From positions 17,980,001 to 18,044,000 of the forward strand of contig OY740787.1 in assembly GCA_963514005.1 (NCBI GenBank): DNA of 64,000 bases. The letters are read 5' to 3'. This DNA comes from Raja brachyura. Taxonomy: Eukaryota. Below, one piece after another: positions 47,901-60,860 of the stretch. Under the pieces are notes generated by a model. It saw only the letters and a program-made list of their open reading frames with translations. It had not been told where the DNA came from and did not search any database. A program made the position numbers and the translations under genes. How positions within the stretch are numbered: the first letter of the stretch is position 1; each line of letters opens with the position of its first letter.

Positions 47901-48199
47901 CTGTTATCAACATTTGTGTTTATAAGACTTTTGTATGTTTCATTAACAATAAAGGAAATCACTGACTTTTTAACCTCAAATTGATGTATGAATATCATTC
48001 TTTTTCATAATAGTCCCTCATGTCATGACTTAAATCTCATATTTCATTTCTCATATATTTAGATCATTGAAACACACACAAACGCAAGGAAGGAATGCAC
48101 TCTTTAAAGTTTGACTTTTCACATTTATTTTGAAAGCACTTCATATGCACTGCATTTAAAAGGATTTTATTTTTAGAGAACATCGGAAAATGATCACTT

Positions 48200-48560
48200 A
48201 TGCATAGGGCCACCTCCTTGAGTACTCTGGGATGCAGACCATCAGGCCCTGTGGACTTATCTGCCTTCAGTCCCAACAGTTTACCGAACACCATTTTCTG
48301 ACTAATGTGGATTCCCTTCAGTTCCTCCCTCCCACTAGATCCCCGGTCCCCTAGTATATCCGGGAGATTGTCTTCCTTAGTGAAGACAGAACCAAAGTAC
48401 TTGTTTAACTGTTCTGCCATTTCCTTGTTTCCCATTATAAATTCACCTGTTTCTGACTGTAAGGGACCTCCATTCGTCTTTTATATTCCCCGCAAGCTTT
48501 CTTTCATGCTCTTTTTTCCCCCTCTTAATTAACCCCTTTGTCCTCCTCTGCTGAGTTCTA
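48200..48560 (-). mobile_element. CR1 internal fragment
   Basis: MAEQLNKYFGSVFTKED...KSTGPDGLHPRVLKE. Confidence 0.85.
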
Positions 48561-49624
48561 ACAGAAGGAGACAGCATGGAGGACTTTCTCCACTACTGCA
48601 GATGGGAGAGAGAGGGGTCCAGGAAACATTCACTTAAGAAAGAGAACATCTCAGATGACCTAGATTGGAGACTTTTCTCAGAGCAGATGCGACAGAGACA
48701 GAGAAACTGCAAGACAGAGTTGGTGTCCTTGTAAGAGACTGGGTAGAAGAAGATGCAGTCACCTTTTTTTCTACTTCCCCTGCCCATTCGCTATCCGCAC
48801 ATATCCTACCCCTCCCGAGTCTTCCGACTATTTTTCTAAGTGTTCTAACGTTGCACTACTAAAGCTAATGATGTTTTAATACATATTATTCTTTAAAAAA
48901 ACTCAATGTGTGGTACTGGTAAATTTTACTTAAAGCGTAAGACAATAGAAAATATTTATTCTTTGTTTTAAGAAATACTGCCATTGAAATAATCTTCTAG
49001 GCTAGTTTGTTTATACCATGTAACCTGATAGTTTAGGGAAATTGTATTTACAGACTTAAATCTATGTTTCATTAAATACCCAACATTCTGAAAAAAGTAA
49101 CAAGATATTAACAAGGAACTCATAGACTTGTAATAAAACTAAATAAAATTCCTGAGCAGCTTGTAAAATATTTTGAAAAACACAGGCAGTAGGAGGTCTG
49201 AACACATGCTGTTCATGAAACAGCCAATGCCTATTAATTGCGTGTTTGTGTCACCCAGGAATAATGGATCTATTCCCCCTCCACTAACTCACACATATTA
49301 GGTGAGATTCTATGTGCATCATGCAGAGAATGTTACCTTGATAATGCTGCACATGAACCAGGCAGGCTCTTGCACTGCTGTGAAAACAAGGACGTTTTGG
49401 CTATCTGCAGAGGCAAATGTGGATCTCAATCCTTTCAAATGCTGCGATAAAGCCAAAAGATTGGAGATTACTTTGCGAATAAACACGCACTCTTTCCCAG
49501 CTGAAAGCCATGCTGGCTATTTAACTCCTGTGAATGGGGTGGACATCAATATATCATTTGGGGAATTCAGAAGAGACAGCTTGCATCAGGGTGTAATGCA
49601 CACCACAGTGAATACTTAAGGGGA

Positions 49625-50255
49625 CTCAAGAGGCTGCAGATGCTGGAATCATGAGCAAGAACCAAGGTGTTGGAGGAACTCAATAGGTCAGGCAGCATCT
49701 GTGGAGGGAAACGAACAGACAATGTTTTAGGTTGGGATCCTTTTTCAGTTGGTGGGGGGGGGAGAGAGCTGGAAGAAGATGGAGTAAGGGGGGAGGGAGA
49801 AAGTTAGCAAAGAAAAGCAATGGTGGGGGAAAGCCTGACAAGGATGGGTGGATAGACATAAAATGCTAGAGTAACTCAGCGGGACAGGCAGCATCTCTGG
49901 AGAGAAGGAATGGGTGATGTTTCGGGTCGAGACCCATCTTCAGACTGATGGGTGGACACAGGTGAGGGGTGGTTGGGGTGATGGGCAGAAGGGTGAGGAT
50001 AATGACAATGGTAGAGATGTAAAGGAGACAAAAAGGTGTCAGATAAGAAAGGCAGAGGAGGAAGGAAATGCAAAGCTGGTGGGAAGGATATGGGTTGAAG
50101 GGGAGGGAAGGGAAGGGGAGGGGAAAAAGGAGTGATAGAAGAGATTTGTAGGAAGGAACTGCAGATGGTGGTTTAAACTGAAAATAGACACAAAAAGCTG
50201 GAGTAACTCAGCGGGACAGGCAGTATCTCTGGAGACAGGGAATGGGTGACATGTC
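49625..50255 (-). mobile_element. Cluster of Penelope pseudo-LTR fragments
   Basis: Three copies of the taactcagcgggacaggcagcatctctgg-type block; hammerhead-like core at 49917-49944. Confidence 0.65.
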
Positions 50256-51585
50256 AAAGGGTCAAATGGAGGACTTAGAGTAGAGATGGGTGGGAGATGA
50301 ACGGAAGGAAAGGGGAAAGGAACAGATGGGTGTTGGATGAATGGGGGAAGGAGGTAGAATAGTTAAGGGATGTACTAGCCAAACGAGCAAATAATTGAAC
50401 TATCATTTAGGGTTCTGATTCTTAAATTCCACCATGGCAAATGGGAGATTTAAATTCAAGTAATTAAATACATGGAAACATTTAGAAAATCAAGGGATTG
50501 CTAATGGGATTATATCATAGGCATCCCAATAGCCAGCGGGAGATAGAAGAACAGATTTGTAGACAAATTACTTATGTAAAAGCATATCTAAAAGTTTCCC
50601 AAACACCACTATTGTATCATCCAGCACCACCACCACTTGAAATGCATTCCAGGTACCCACCACACTCTGTCTAAAAATTGTGCCCCTGCACATCTCCTTT
50701 AAACTTTGCCTCTCTCACCTCAAATCATGCCCTCTTAGTCTTTGACATTACCAACTTGAAAAAAGGGTTCTGACTGTCTGCTTTATCAATGCCTCATGAA
50801 ACCTAAATGTTATGGTGTGAAGTCAGATGAATGGGGTTGAAAGGTAATAATAGATCAGCCATGATCGAATGGCTGAGTCGACTCCATGGGCCGTATGTCC
50901 TAACTCTGCCCCTGAGTCTTACGGTCTTTATAAAATGTACAAATACTGAACAGATTCTACAATAGTCATCAGTCTGGTGAAGATTGTGACAAACGTGTGA
51001 AGTTAAAATATAAGAAGGATTTAATTAAAAACAGAAATCAGATTTTATGCCCCATTGCAAAGCAGCTCTTTTATGGTTCCTGATAGCATCCTTATATTCC
51101 ATGCCTGTTCACTTACAACGGCTTTCATTTATCCAATGCCTTTTTTTAATTCTCATCCTTTTTGACAAACCCCTCCATCAGACTGTGTTATCTTTCAAAA
51201 TTTGCTCCAATCCTTCGAGGTTTCTGTACTTCCAATGCTGGTCCCAAGCTCTGAAAGCCCTTCCATAACCAATTCATCTTCTCTCTCGTTTTTTCTCATT
51301 TCTGAAGAAGGGTCAGTGATGTGACATGTTGACTCTGGTTCTCCATCCACGGATGCTGCCCAACCTGCTGCGAGTTTCCAGTAATTATTGGCCTATTTTT
51401 CACTTAAAATTATCCTTCTTCTGACCAAGCTTCTCGCCTCCTGATCTAATCTTCTTGCTTAGTGTCAGATTCAGTTTGACAATGACCTGATTTGGAGATG
51501 CTCTGTTCTGCCAACCTTGTTCTCCATCTCTTCAGGTTTGATACTGTTCATTATTGGCACTCGAGAGGCTGTGCCATTCTTTGGC

Positions 51586-52410
51586 CTAACAGCCATATAA
51601 AGACCATTACCAAATCTGCCTACTACCATCTAAAAAACATTGCAAGAATCAAGGGATTTCTGTCCAAAGAAGACACTGAAAAACTTGTTCATGCATATAT
51701 CTTCAGTAGGTTAGATTATTGTAATAGTATCTTTACAGGTGTCAGTAAAAAATCAATTAAACAACTGCAGCTTATCCAGAATGCCGCTGCCAGAGTCTTA
51801 ACCAACACCAAGAAAATGGACCACATTACACCTGTCCTTAAATCTTTGCACTGGCTCCCTGTGTGTAAAAGGATAGATTTTAAAATTCTGTTACTGGCAT
51901 ACAAGGCTCTGAATGGTCTGGGTCCAAAATACATCTCTGACTTACTTGTTGTTTATGAGGCACCTAGACTCCTCAGGTCTTCGGGGACAGGTTTACTCCA
52001 TGTTCCCAGGGTCATAACAAAAAGGGCTGAAGCAGCATTCAGTTTCTATGCTCCACACCTGTGAAACAGGCTCCCTGAACACCTGAGGTGTGCACAGACT
52101 GTTAGCACATTTAAGTCAGGCCTAAAGACACTGTTGTTTGATGTAGCTTTTTCATGACCCAACATGCGGGTAATTTTAATCTTCTAGTTTTAACCCTTTT
52201 ATGTGCTTTTAAAATCGCCTTAATGTTTTAGTGATTTTGTTTTACTATTCATGCAATTGGCTTATTGGCTATTCTGTTGTCCTGTGTTGTATTGTGGTTC
52301 TGCAATGTTTTTAAACTATGTTATTCTCTTGTTTCTTTTGTAAAGCACTATCAATTGCAGCTTGTATGAATGGTGCTATATAAATAAACTTGTCTTGCCT
52401 TGCCTTGCCT
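51586..52410 (+). mobile_element. L2-clade LINE 3' fragment
   Basis: KSAYYHLKNIARI..LVHAYIFSRLDYCN..QLIQNAAARVL..HITPVLKSLHWLPV..RIDFKILLL; (cttgc)n tail. Confidence 0.92.
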
Positions 52411-52499
52411 TTCCAAAATTGCTTGGAAATGATTGTGCGTTTTCTTGGTTAGCACATATTCAAATAATTGCAAAATAAATGAAAATGAAAATAGCAGAC

Positions 52500-53025
52500 A
52501 TTAGGTGCAGGAGTAGGCCATTCGACCCTTCAAGCCAGCACCGCCATTTAATGTGATCATGGCTGATTATCCACAATCAGTACCCCATTCCTGCCTTCTC
52601 CCCATATCTCCTGACTCCAAGAGCCGTATCTAGCTCTCTCTTGAAAGTTTCCAGAGAACCGGCCTCCACCACCCTCTTAGGCAGAGAATTGCACAGATTC
52701 ACAACTCTGTGTGAAAAAGTGTTTCCTCATCTCCGTTTTAAATGGCTTACCCCTTATTCTTAAACTGTCGCCCCTGGTTCTCGACTCCCCCAACATCAGG
52801 AACATGTTTCCTGCCTCTAGCGTGTCCAAACCATTAATAATCTTATATGTTTCAATAAGATCCCCGCTCATCCTTCTAAATTCCAGAGTATACAAGCCCA
52901 GCTGCTCCATTCTCTCAGCATATGACAGTCCCGCCATCCCGGGAAATAACCTTGTGAACCTACACTGCACTCCCTCAATAGCAAGAATGTCCTTCCTCAA
53001 ATTTGGAGACCAAAACTGCACGCAA
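52500..53025 (-). mobile_element. CR1 3' fragment
   Basis: ORF 52677-53021. Confidence 0.9.
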
Positions 53026-53173
53026 TTTAGTTTGAGTATAGTTTATTGTCATGTGCACCGAGGTACAGTGAAAAGCTTTTATTGCATGCCAACCAGTCAG
53101 AGGAAAGACAATACATAATTACAATCGAGCCATGTGCATGATAAGGGGAATGGTCTCGATCCAAACAGTCACT

Positions 53174-53215
53174 GATCAGTCTGAAGAAGGATCTCGGCCT
53201 GAAACGTCACTGATC
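53174..53215 (+). ncRNA. Minimal hammerhead motif with a 7-bp helix I
   Basis: GATCAGT-CTGAAGA-AGG(atctcgg)CCT-GAAA-CGTC-ACTGATC. Confidence 0.6.
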
Positions 53216-53921
53216 CATGTTCTCCAGAGATGCTGCCTGACCTGCTGAGATACTTCAGCACTTGGCGTCCTTTTCAAATACTTTTACACTTATTGTGAAA
53301 GGGCATTTTTAAAGACAAGTTCATCTTTTCGCATCGTCTGCCTTAACTTGATAACAAAGTCACATGCACATACACCTACATGTATCCAGATTCACACTCC
53401 TAACTTGCACTATGAATAAGTCTACTGTCCTCTCATGCTATTGGGTTCACTAGGCAATTTATGCAGGTTGAGTTGGATAATGTCACCTTTAGTTAATCGC
53501 ATCTCTGAATGCCTTGTTTCCATTAGACAATCCCTTCAAGTTGCACTGCCAAGAGCTGACAAAACTCATCCGTCTGCCGTAAGTGACTTCAAGTGACAGC
53601 AGCCCCAGGACTCAGAGAGATCTCAACTTCCATGTGGGGAAACAAAGGCAGGTCAGCAGAGGATTCCCTGCCAGCATGCAACCTCTTCTATTTTAACAAC
53701 AATTAACAAAGCAGATGCCACAAATGAAAATCCAACATATTATTAGTCATAACGACAGGTACTGGGTGCTCATTTACTGCTGCCGAGCAATTATGTTGTT
53801 AAATTTATAGTATACTAATGAAATGACAATACACAGCAAGTAAATTCTGGTCTGCCCAATGCTTATAGTATTAGCTTTTACATTGTAAATCGGGCCTGCT
53901 CCTGACACAAAAGCTAACACC

Positions 53922-54205
53922 CAGTGGCACAGCAGTAGAGTTGCTGCATTGGAGGCCCGGTTTCGATCCTGATCTCGGATGCTGCCTGTACGGAGTTTAT
54001 ACCTTATCCCTGTGACCGTATGGGTCTTCTCAGGGTGCTCCGCTTTCCTCCCACATTCCAAAGAAAAACAGGTTTTGTAGGCTAATGGCTTTTGTAAGTT
54101 GTAAAATTTTCCATAGTGTGTAGGATAGTGCTACTGTTCAGGGTGATCACTGGTCAGCGTGGGCTTGGTAGGCCGAAGGGTCTGTTTCTGAGCTGTTTCT
54201 CCAAA
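53922..54205 (+). mobile_element. HE1-type V-SINE
   Basis: Head, V-domain and tail. Confidence 0.8.
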
Positions 54206-54596
54206 TTCTGGTGTCTAAACTGATCAGAATACACAATGTAGGCAATGCTAGCAATATTAATGCTTCTCACATACATGGTAAATTTTTATCATGCACCTCT
54301 TACCCAATATGTCCATATGGCTCAGTGTCATGTTTTGTCAGATAACTCTGCTGTGAAAGGCCATGATTATTTTGTGAAGTGAAAGGCAGTGTATGAATTA
54401 GGGGCAGTACAGCTGTTAGGGGTGCTGCCTCACAGCGCTGGACCCAGGTTTCCACCCTGATCTCGGGTTCTGCCTGTGTGGAGTTTGCACATTCTCCTTA
54501 TGACAGCATGTGTTTCCTCCAGATGCTCCAGTTTCCTCCCAGCTCCCAAAGACGTAAGAATTTGTAGGTTAATTGGCCTCTGCAATTGGCCACTGC

Positions 54597-55158
54597 AAAG
54601 AAGATTACGGAGATTCAGCATGTCGAAGAAGATTCTACTAAATGTCTACAGGTGCACGGTAGAGAGTATTCTGACTGGTTGCATCGTAGCCTGGTTCGGC
54701 AACTTGAACGTCCAGGAGCGGAAAAGACTACAAAAAATTGTGACCACTGCCCAGTCCATCACTGGCTTTGACCTCCCCACCGTTGAAGCGATCTATCGTA
54801 GTCGCTGCCTCAAATTGACCAAAATCATCAAAGACCAACACCATCCTGGCCACACACTCATTTCACCAATGCCATCGGGAAGAAGGTACAGGAGCCTGAA
54901 AACTGCAACGTCCAGGCTCAGGAACAGCTTCTCCCCTGCAGCCATCAGGCTATTAAACACAACAACAAATAAGCTTTGAGCTCTGAACTGCAAAAAACTA
55001 TCATTACTGTACAATATTTGTTATTTATTGAACTTAGTTTCTGATCCCCTGTCATGTACTATATTTACATATTCACATATTCTGTTCTGCTGCAGCAAGT
55101 AAGAATTTCATTGTCCCATCCGGGACATATGACAATAGATCATTCTTGACTCTTGAGT
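54597..55158 (+). mobile_element. Rex1/Babar 3' fragment inserted in an HE1 SINE (54400-55285)
   Basis: RRLRRFSMSKKILLNVYRCTVESILTGCI...PSGRRYRSL...NSFSPAAIRLLN. Confidence 0.88.
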
Positions 55159-55599
55159 CTTGTCCCTCATGTGTAGGGAGTGGGTGAGAAAGTGGGATAA
55201 CATAGAATTAGTGCGAATGGGTTGGTGTAAGCTCAGTGGGCCAAATGACCTGTTTCCATGCTGTCTCACTAAACTCTGAACTAAATAAAAATCGTTATTA
55301 GACAAACTCAAAAGATCAACAACCAGGACTTATTTCCCATCCAAACTAAATTTCTGCAAACAGGCAGTTCGTTTCTGCGATGTATATTGATATTAATTCT
55401 GTCGGCTATCGTTACAGAGCTTCTCTCTGGTTATCCTCACGTAAAATAAATATTTTGTATTAAATCAGCTGATAATGATAGTCAAGAATGGATGCGGGAA
55501 GCCATTTTGGTAAGGGAAAGACTGATGTTCCAGATAGGGTAATAGATTTCACAGCAACAATAGGAAAATACTGCAGATATGGTCTACCTTGTATGAGCC

Positions 55600-56415
55600 T
55601 GTCCTATCCATGTACTATCCTATCTAACTGTTTCTTAAACATTGGGATAGTCCCGGCCTCAACTACCTCCTCGGGCAGTTTGTTCCGTACACCTACAACC
55701 CACGGTGTGAAAAAGTTACCCCTCGATTCCTATTAAATATTTTCCCCTTCACCTTAAAACTATGGCTTCTGATCCTCGATTCATCTACTATGGGCTATCA
55801 CCTACTATAGAAACTCTGTGCATCTACCCGATCTATTCCTCTCATGACTTTACACGTTCTTAAGGCTATGAAAACTTGTACTTTTGAGTAGCTACACACT
55901 ACTGAAAGGGTCTCTGATACAATTCTGCTTCTCCCGAAGACTAAGAACACTGTTTAGGCTGGATAGCGTGCAGAGAGGATTTACAAGGATGTTGTCAAGA
56001 CTCGAGGGTCTGAACTTTTGGGAGATATTTGGCAGGCTAGGGCTTTATTCCTTGGAACGCAAGAAGATAAGGGGTGATCTTATAGAAGGTAATAGATTTG
56101 GTAGATGCAATGTCTTTTAACCAGAGGAATCAAGAACCAGAGGACATAGGTTTAAGGTGAGAGGGGAAAAAATCAATAAGATCCTAACATTTTTTTGTGC
56201 AGAGTGGGGTGGGCACGTGGAACAAGCTGCCAGAGGAGGTAGTTGAAGCAGGTACTATATCAACAGTTAAAATATATTTAAACAGGTACATGGATTGGAA
56301 AGGTTTCGAGGGATATGGGACAAATGCAGGCAGGTGGGACTAATGTAGATGGGCATCTTGATCGACATGGGCAAGTTGGCCGGAGGACTTGTTTCCAAGC
56401 TGTATGACTATGACT
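55600..56415. mobile_element. Two CR1 3' fragments (- 55600-55860; + 55960-56415)
   Basis: VQRGFTRMLSRLEGL..GLYSLERKKIRGDLIE. Confidence 0.8.
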
Positions 56416-56895
56416 TTCTGACGTTCGTATTTACAACTTCAGTATCTCTGAGTAAATACGAGGACACAAATTAAATCTGAAATGGTGAAATGATGAGAAA
56501 AAAGAAAGATAAAAACACGAAAGATAGACACAAAAAGCTGGAGTAACTCAGTGGGACAGGCGGCATCTCTGGAGAGAAGGAATGGGTGACGTTTTGGGTC
56601 GAGACCCTTCTAATTAGAAATGTGAGATGCAAGACTGAAATGACAAATTTTCAGAAATCAGTGCTTCCACGTGAAGTTTATAAAGTTGGGATGCTGTTCC
56701 CTGAATTTGCATTGGGATTGACTTGCGTCAGTCCTTGAACATTATCTCTGTCAATTGTCAGTCCTGTTCCCTTTTGAAGGCACTCAGTCAGTGAATTCCA
56801 GATAATAATTACTCTATGTATAAAAAATCCTTATATTCTGATCTACATTTCCCTGTAAAATAACAACAAGGATGCACTTGAATTTGTATTAACTA

Positions 56896-59069
56896 TCTAT
56901 AAATACTATTACGACAACTCTCATCTTGACCACTTCCAGTCTGCGTTGTTATTAAATTTGCACAAAAACTGTACCCTATATCGCTAGGATTTTTTTCGCC
57001 ACCTTACTCACTGTTCTCCTCTGCTCCAAGTGTACCAAGTTTTGTTCTGATCGGTGGAATATTACAAAAGTTATGAAGGTTTAAAAAAATCATGAGATGT
57101 GCAGAGTGGTCTCCTCGCCTGTTGGTCACCATGAAGGTAATGCCCCTTCTGGCACCCGCTGTCCGGCGGGGAGAATAAAGCTGAAGCAGACTGCGTGCGG
57201 GGGCTGTGTTCTGTGAGCGGGGGCTGTGTTCTGCGAGCGGGGGCTGTGCTCTGTGAGTGGGGCTGTGTTCTGTGAGCGGGTGCTGTGTTCTGTGAGCAGG
57301 GGTGGCGATCACCATGTCGACCCGGGTGCCAATGTGTGCAGCCGTGGACGAGAGCCGGTGAGTCTGAAGCCAGTGAGTGCAGTCGGAGCCGGGGCTGGGA
57401 GCCACTGAGCCTATTCACCCCCCCCTCCCCCACACACCCCCTCCCCCCACACACCCCCCTCCCCCCCACACACCCCTTTCTCCCCCACAACACCCCAGCT
57501 CCCCCCACACACCCCCCTCCCCTGCACCCCCCCTCCCCTGCACCCCCCCTCACCTGCACCCCCCCTCCCCTGCACCCCCCCTCCCCTGCACCCCCCCTCC
57601 CCTGCACCCCCCCTCCCCTGCACCCCCCCTCCCCTGCACTCACCCCTCTCCCACACTCCCCCTACCACACACACACACACACCCCCACACAACCATCCTA
57701 CCCTCACCACCGCCCTACCCCCACCACCCTCTACCTCACCACCCCCGAGCCCAGAGGTCCACGCCGTGAGTGACCGAACTGTGAGTCCGCAAACCATGAG
57801 TGACTGAACTGTGAGTCCGCAAGCCGTGAATGACTGAACTGTGAGTCCACTAGCCGTGAGTGACCGAACTGTGAGTCCGCAAGCCATGAGTGACTGAACT
57901 GTGAGTCCGCAAGCCGTGAGTGACTGAACTGTGAGGCCGCTAGCCGTGAGTGACCGAACTGTGAGTCCCCAAGCCGTGAGTAACTGATCTGTGAATCCGC
58001 AAGCCGTGAGTGACTGAACTGTGAGTCCGCAAGCCGTGAACTGTGAGTCTGCAAGCCGTGGTTGAGTGAACTGTGAGTCCGCAAGCCGTGGCTGTGTGAA
58101 CTGCGAGTCCGCACGCCGTGGCTGAGTGAACTGTGAGTCCGCAAGCCATGGCTGAGTGAACTGTGAGTACGCAAGCCATGGCTGAGTGAACTGTGAGTCC
58201 GCAAGTCATGAGTGAGTGAACTGTGAGTCCAGAAGGCTCACCACCCTCGCCCACACCCCCCCATCCCCATCCCCATCCCCTCGCACACCACCCCCCCCCC
58301 ACCGGCAGGCTACGGCAGCACTTCCCCCCCCCCACCGGCCCTGGCCTTAAGCTGTCCCCCTCCCCCAGCTTTAGAACCTTCCAGCTGGCCCCCACCTGAA
58401 GCCTCCCCATGCCCAGCTGCAGGACTATCCCAATAATCCATTCGGCCCACAATGTCCATACTAGCCCTCTGGAAACCAGTCCCTTCAGCCCTCAACCCCC
58501 ATACTAGCCCTCCAGAAAGCAGGATGCTCCTCCCATCGGCCCCCGACAGCCCCCGCTGAAGCCGACCCCCTCCCTGGCTGCCGATCGCAACAGGAGACGC
58601 AACAAGAAAGAAAGGAGTGAATAAATCTCCTCTTTAACATTTAAATTTCTGTTATATTTTAAGAGTTATTCACATTTTAAGCTTTAATAAATCCCTTTTC
58701 CACTTGCCGTGCCAGTCAGCTGCACCTACGCAGTAATACCTACGTGTTCTACGTCACAATGGGAACCCAATGGGAGGGAATAACTCCGACGCCGGAGAGC
58801 CGCTAAGAGTGGATTGGGGGGGGGGGGGGGGGAAGAGTTTGAGGGAAAGATGGCGTGAGTGCATGGATGGTGGAAGGGCAAGGGGCAGAGTGGGAGGTTG
58901 AGTGTATGAGGTGGGATCAGGGACGTCACAATGGGAACCCCCGCGCCTGCGCACTTAGGGGCTATGCGTCAGTGGTGGAATATTGGAATTGGTAGAGAGG
59001 TGAAATATTGCACTGGGGGACCAGCCCTCCCATGTGAGAATGGGACCCGACGGGTCCCACTTAGTCTAG
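56896..59069 (+). mobile_element. Non-autonomous Helitron (2.17 kb)
   Basis: A|TCTATA 5' end; 3' hairpin tgggacccg-a-cgggtccca (59041-59059) followed by CTAG|T; no TSD. Confidence 0.85.
57197..58230. repeat. Three minisatellites in the Helitron: ~20-bp (57197-57300), ~17-bp C-rich (57415-57750), 30-bp (57765-58230)
   Basis: Units ggggctgtgttctgtgagcg; ccctgcaccccccctcc; gccgtgagtgactgaactgtgagtccgcaa. Confidence 0.92.
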
Positions 59070-59539
59070 TCTACTCTAAGAGTGAGGCAACAAACTGGAT
59101 TCACCATTGTAAAATTAACTAATTCTTTCTGCAGTCTCATAGGATAGGCATGGGCATCTGTGGCAGTGTTGCAGGCTGAGAAATTTTGGCAGGCTGTGCA
59201 GTAACATGTTTATCCTGGTGGATCATTCAGGGAAGTTGTTGGATATGGGCAGAAGCCTGAGAAAATGGCTTCATTGTTGATGACCTGAAATAAATATTGA
59301 CTCCTCCAGGACCTGATATTGAGCAAGCTTTTGAAAAAGGTAGTGACAGCCTTGGCACTGATGAAGGAGATAAAAACATAAGCCACTTACTGTCAACTTC
59401 ACGTGAAAAAGCTGTGGATCACTATACAGTGGTGTAAAATGAGTTCAAGGTGACATAATCATGCATGTGAACTGGTTGAAATCTGAAAGATAGGCCTTTT
59501 CTTGCTTTAGTAAATGTTATAAGGCAGTGTTTTTTTTAA

Positions 59540-59830
59540 ACTTTACTTTAGACTTTAGACATGTAACATGGAAATAGGCCCGTCAGCCCACTGATCACCC
59601 CCTACACCAGCACTATCCTACACACTAGGGACAATTTACAATTTTACCGAAGCCAATTAACCTACAAACCTGTACATCTTTGGTGTGTGGAAGGTAATCG
59701 CAGCATCTGGAGAAAACCCGCAGTCACAGGGAGAATGTGCAAACTCCATACAGACAGCACCGTAGTCAGGAACAAACCCCAGTCTCCGGTGCTGTTGGGG
59801 AACAACTCTTCTGCTGCACCACCCTACCAC
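59540..59830 (-). mobile_element. HE1-type V-SINE
   Basis: Tail, V-domain and head. Confidence 0.8.
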
Positions 59831-60129
59831 CTCTGCATTACTGTGCTGACCCCCACCTATTAATAATAATTCAGAATCAGAAAAGTTCCAGGTTATTTTC
59901 ACAATTGTTAGTGAATTAGTGAAAAGTTTCAGGCTATTTTCAAAATTGTTAGTGAATTAGAGAGTCTTAGCCATGCAGAGTAAAAAGCAACCAACATTCC
60001 TGATTTAATGACCCCTTCTGGAAAATACATGCGAGGGAGGACAGATAGGAAGCCAATTAAACAAAAAAATGTAAGCACTTGAGAAGTTATTATTATCCAT
60101 TAGTTTGTGCAAAGGTGCCATCTTGGCAT

Positions 60130-60860
60130 AGCTTTTCCATGGCAGGTCATGTCTTACTAAAGATAGACACAAAATGCTGGAGTAACTCAGCGGGTCTATG
60201 CTTTTCTTTGTGATATATATAACCGATGTGGCAAAGTGTAAAAGGGTTGGTTAATAAGTTTGTAGATGGCAGCAAAATTGGTGGAGTTGGGGACGTGAAG
60301 AAGGTTATGAAATAATATAGTGGGTTACTGATATAGGGAAAAAAAATGGAAAATGGAGTTTAATCTGACCAAGTGTCAGGTGTTGCACTATGGATGGTCA
60401 AATGTACGGGGTAAGTATATAGTAAATGGTGGGACACTTAAACACATTGATGGAGGGATCTTTGGATCCAAATCTGATATATAGAGTGGCAAAGAAGACA
60501 TATGGTATACTTGCCTTCATCTGTCAAGACATTGATTATAATGGTCAGGAAATCATGTTGCAGCTTTATAAAACCTTGGTAAAGCTGCATTTGGAATAGT
60601 GTGTCCAATAATGCCCACCCCATTACTGGAAGGTTTGGAAAAGGTGCAGAAGAGGTTTAACATAATGCTGAATGGATAAGAGTGTGTTGGAAAAAGAATG
60701 GGTTGGACAAACTTGGATTGTTCCTCTGGAGCGGAAAAGGTTGCAGGGAGACCTGATGTACAATTATGAGAGTTGTAAATCAGCTACACAGATAAAACCT
60801 TTTTCCCAGGATGGATATGCCTAGGACCTGTTCCCGTGATCTACTGTTCAATGTCTCAAA
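60130..60860 (+). mobile_element. Old CR1 RT fragment
   Basis: Degraded F.D..K, KCQVLHYG and LQLYKTLV motifs. Confidence 0.7.

Noticed and set aside
57765-58230. 30-bp periodic array that could be mistaken for CRISPR
   Set aside because: Head-to-tail repeats with no unique spacers and no cas genes; eukaryotic context inside a Helitron.
57004-58495. Gly/Pro/His/Ser-rich ORFs
   Set aside because: Translations of minisatellites.
59880-59962. Short ~41-bp tandem duplication (similar ones at 26440-26520 and 16517-16575)
   Set aside because: Ordinary local slippage with no further structure.
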